64,000 nt of DNA from Acidimicrobiia bacterium (GTDB taxonomy: Bacteria > Actinomycetota > Acidimicrobiia > Acidimicrobiales > Aldehydirespiratoraceae). Shown here in pieces: positions 62,876-64,000 of the stretch (positions are counted from its first letter, which is position 1; each line of letters opens with the position of its first letter). The notes beneath the pieces are model-generated. The model saw nothing but the letters and a program-made list of their open reading frames with translations, did not search any database and was not told the origin of the DNA. The translations under genes were made by a program, and so were the position numbers. Where the stretch lies: positions 25,811-89,810 of the forward strand of contig JAJEDD010000034.1 of the NCBI GenBank assembly GCA_022821685.1, read 5' to 3'.

Positions 62876-63613
62876 CTACGTCTCTCCTGGGTTGTGGTCG
62901 ACTCCGAAGAACAGCGACTGCAGCGCGGCGTCCTCCAGCACCGCCCGGCTCGACACGGGCTTGTCGAGCACCCCGGCCTGCATCACATAAACCCGGTCGC
63001 AGTGGGGCAGGCACACCAGCGGGCTCTCCTCGATCACCCACAGCAGGGTGGTGCCCGAATCGCGGATGCGCAGGATGTCGTCGATGCGCTCTCGCACGAT
63101 CGACGGCGCCAGCCCGGTGGTGGGCTCGTCGAGGGCCAGGAAGCGGGGTCCGGTGATCATGGCGCTGGCCAGCGCCAGCATCTGGCGCTCGCCCCCCGAC
63201 AGGGTGCTGGCGTTCTGGCCCATGCGGTCGCGCAGCGCCGGGTAGGCCTCGGCCACCTCGTCCACCCGTCGCCGGACCTCGACCGGGTTGGATCCTCGCA
63301 GCGCCACGGTGAGGTTGTCGCGCACGCTCAGGTCGGGGAAGGTGTTGTTCTCCTGGGGCACATAGCCCATGCCGATCTCGGCCAGGCTGTGGGTGGGATG
63401 GCGCTGCAGGTCGGCGCCCTCGAAGCTCACCGAGCCGCCCTGGGCGGGCAGCAGGCGGAAGATCGTCTTCAGCAGGGTGGACTTGCCCGCGCCGTTGGGC
63501 CCCACCACCGCTACGATCTCGCCCGCGGCCACCTCAAGGTCTACGCCGTGCAGCACCGGGAAGCCGCCGTAGCCCGCTTCGAGCGCCTCGACCCGCAGGA
63601 CGGCGCTGCTCAT
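62876..63613 (-). CDS. branched-chain-amino-acid/urea-type ABC transporter ATP-binding protein (LivF-like)
   Basis: GPNGAGKSTLLK, LSGGERQMLALA, FLALDEPTTGLAP. Confidence 0.85.
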   Translation of the reverse strand: MSSAVLRVEALEAGYGGFPVLHGVDLEVAAGEIVAVVGPNGAGKSTLLKTIFRLLPAQGGSVSFEGADLQRHPTHSLAEIGMGYVPQENNTFPDLSVRDNLTVALRGSNPVEVRRRVDEVAEAYPALRDRMGQNASTLSGGERQMLALASAMITGPRFLALDEPTTGLAPSIVRERIDDILRIRDSGTTLLWVIEESPLVCLPHCDRVYVMQAGVLDKPVSSRAVLEDAALQSLFFGVDHNPGET

Positions 63614-64000
63614 GGTCCGTCGCCTCCGGCGCCGTCGGTGCCCAGATAGACCCGCATCACCTCGGGATCGGCCGCGATCTCCGCGGGCGGCCCCGAGGCC
63701 AGCAGCCCGCCCCGGTCGAGCACGTGCACCTCGTCGGCGATCTGCATGAGGAACGAGAGGTTGTGGTCGATGATCAGGCTGCCCAGCCCCCGCTCATCGC
63801 AGAGCCGCCGCACCAGCTGCGACAGCCGTCCGATGTTGGCCGGCGCCACCGCGGCGGCCGGCTCGTCGAGCAGCAGCATCTTGGGCTCGGCCATCAGCGA
63901 GCGGGCGAACTCCAGCAGCTTGCGGTCGCCGGCCGACAGCTCGTCGGTGCGCACGTCGAGCAGGTCGGCCAAGCCCAACTCGGCGGTGATCTCGTCGGCT
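63610..64000 (-). CDS. LivG-like ABC transporter ATP-binding protein, 3' part (gene continues beyond the right edge)
   Basis: LSAGDRKLLEFARSLM and MLLLDEPAAAVAP. ATGA-type overlap with livF-like. The frame is open to the window end. Confidence 0.8.
   Translation of the reverse strand, partial: ADEITAELGLADLLDVRTDELSAGDRKLLEFARSLMAEPKMLLLDEPAAAVAPANIGRLSQLVRRLCDERGLGSLIIDHNLSFLMQIADEVHVLDRGGLLASGPPAEIAADPEVMRVYLGTDGAGGDGP

Overview
This is a densely coding, high-G+C chromosomal window. It looks like Actinomycetota: it has a mycothiol-type MDMPI/DinB enzyme, frequent GTG/TTG starts and LAAC-type lipoboxes. Most ORFs in the supplied track are spurious antisense or out-of-frame ORFs typical of high-GC DNA. 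I kept only frames with recognisable family motifs or coherent start, stop and coupling signals.

Core content:
- Peptide/nickel-type ABC transport, with three family-5 binding proteins, two permeases and two ATPases.
- metY.
- A GMC oxidoreductase.
- Ribokinase plus a cyclase-family gene.
- An nfeD-flotillin pair.
- Nitrite/sulfite reductase plus a siroheme-synthase-like gene.
- Two MFS transporters.
- A Ski2-like helicase.
- A probable N-heterocycle catabolic cluster: FAD, 2Fe-2S and three large subunits of the xanthine-dehydrogenase family, a Rieske oxygenase, an AtzD/barbiturase-family ring amidohydrolase, and LivG/F-type ATPases.

Two accessory blocks stand out.

(A) 44.9-58.0 kb is the best candidate system. 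This ~13-kb insert splits the catabolic cluster. It carries a helicase-methylase-ATPase triad: an SNF2/DEAH helicase with a DUF3883-like nuclease tail, a DUF1156-type DPPY methyltransferase, and a Swt1-like-HEPN + P-loop DUF499-like ATPase. The triad is interrupted by an antisense 534-aa HEPN-motif protein, a Doc/RHH toxin-antitoxin pair and a small acidic ORF. Its divergent control region holds a perfect 41-bp direct-repeat pair and a G12 tract.

(B) 7.5-13.4 kb carries a chimeric RecQ-N-lobe::DprA ORF, an HTH gene with a palindromic operator, and an operon of higB, higA-immA and an unknown 340-aa protein.

The window also contains:
- A previously unnamed ~140-bp MITE-like element with terminal inverted repeats, in 8 full or partial copies.
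- Several decay or rearrangement scars: a vapC remnant, a frameshifted large-subunit gene with a 36-bp coding repeat array, a 72-bp triplication and a gene-end duplication.

I found no rRNA, tRNA, CRISPR array, integrase or transposase.
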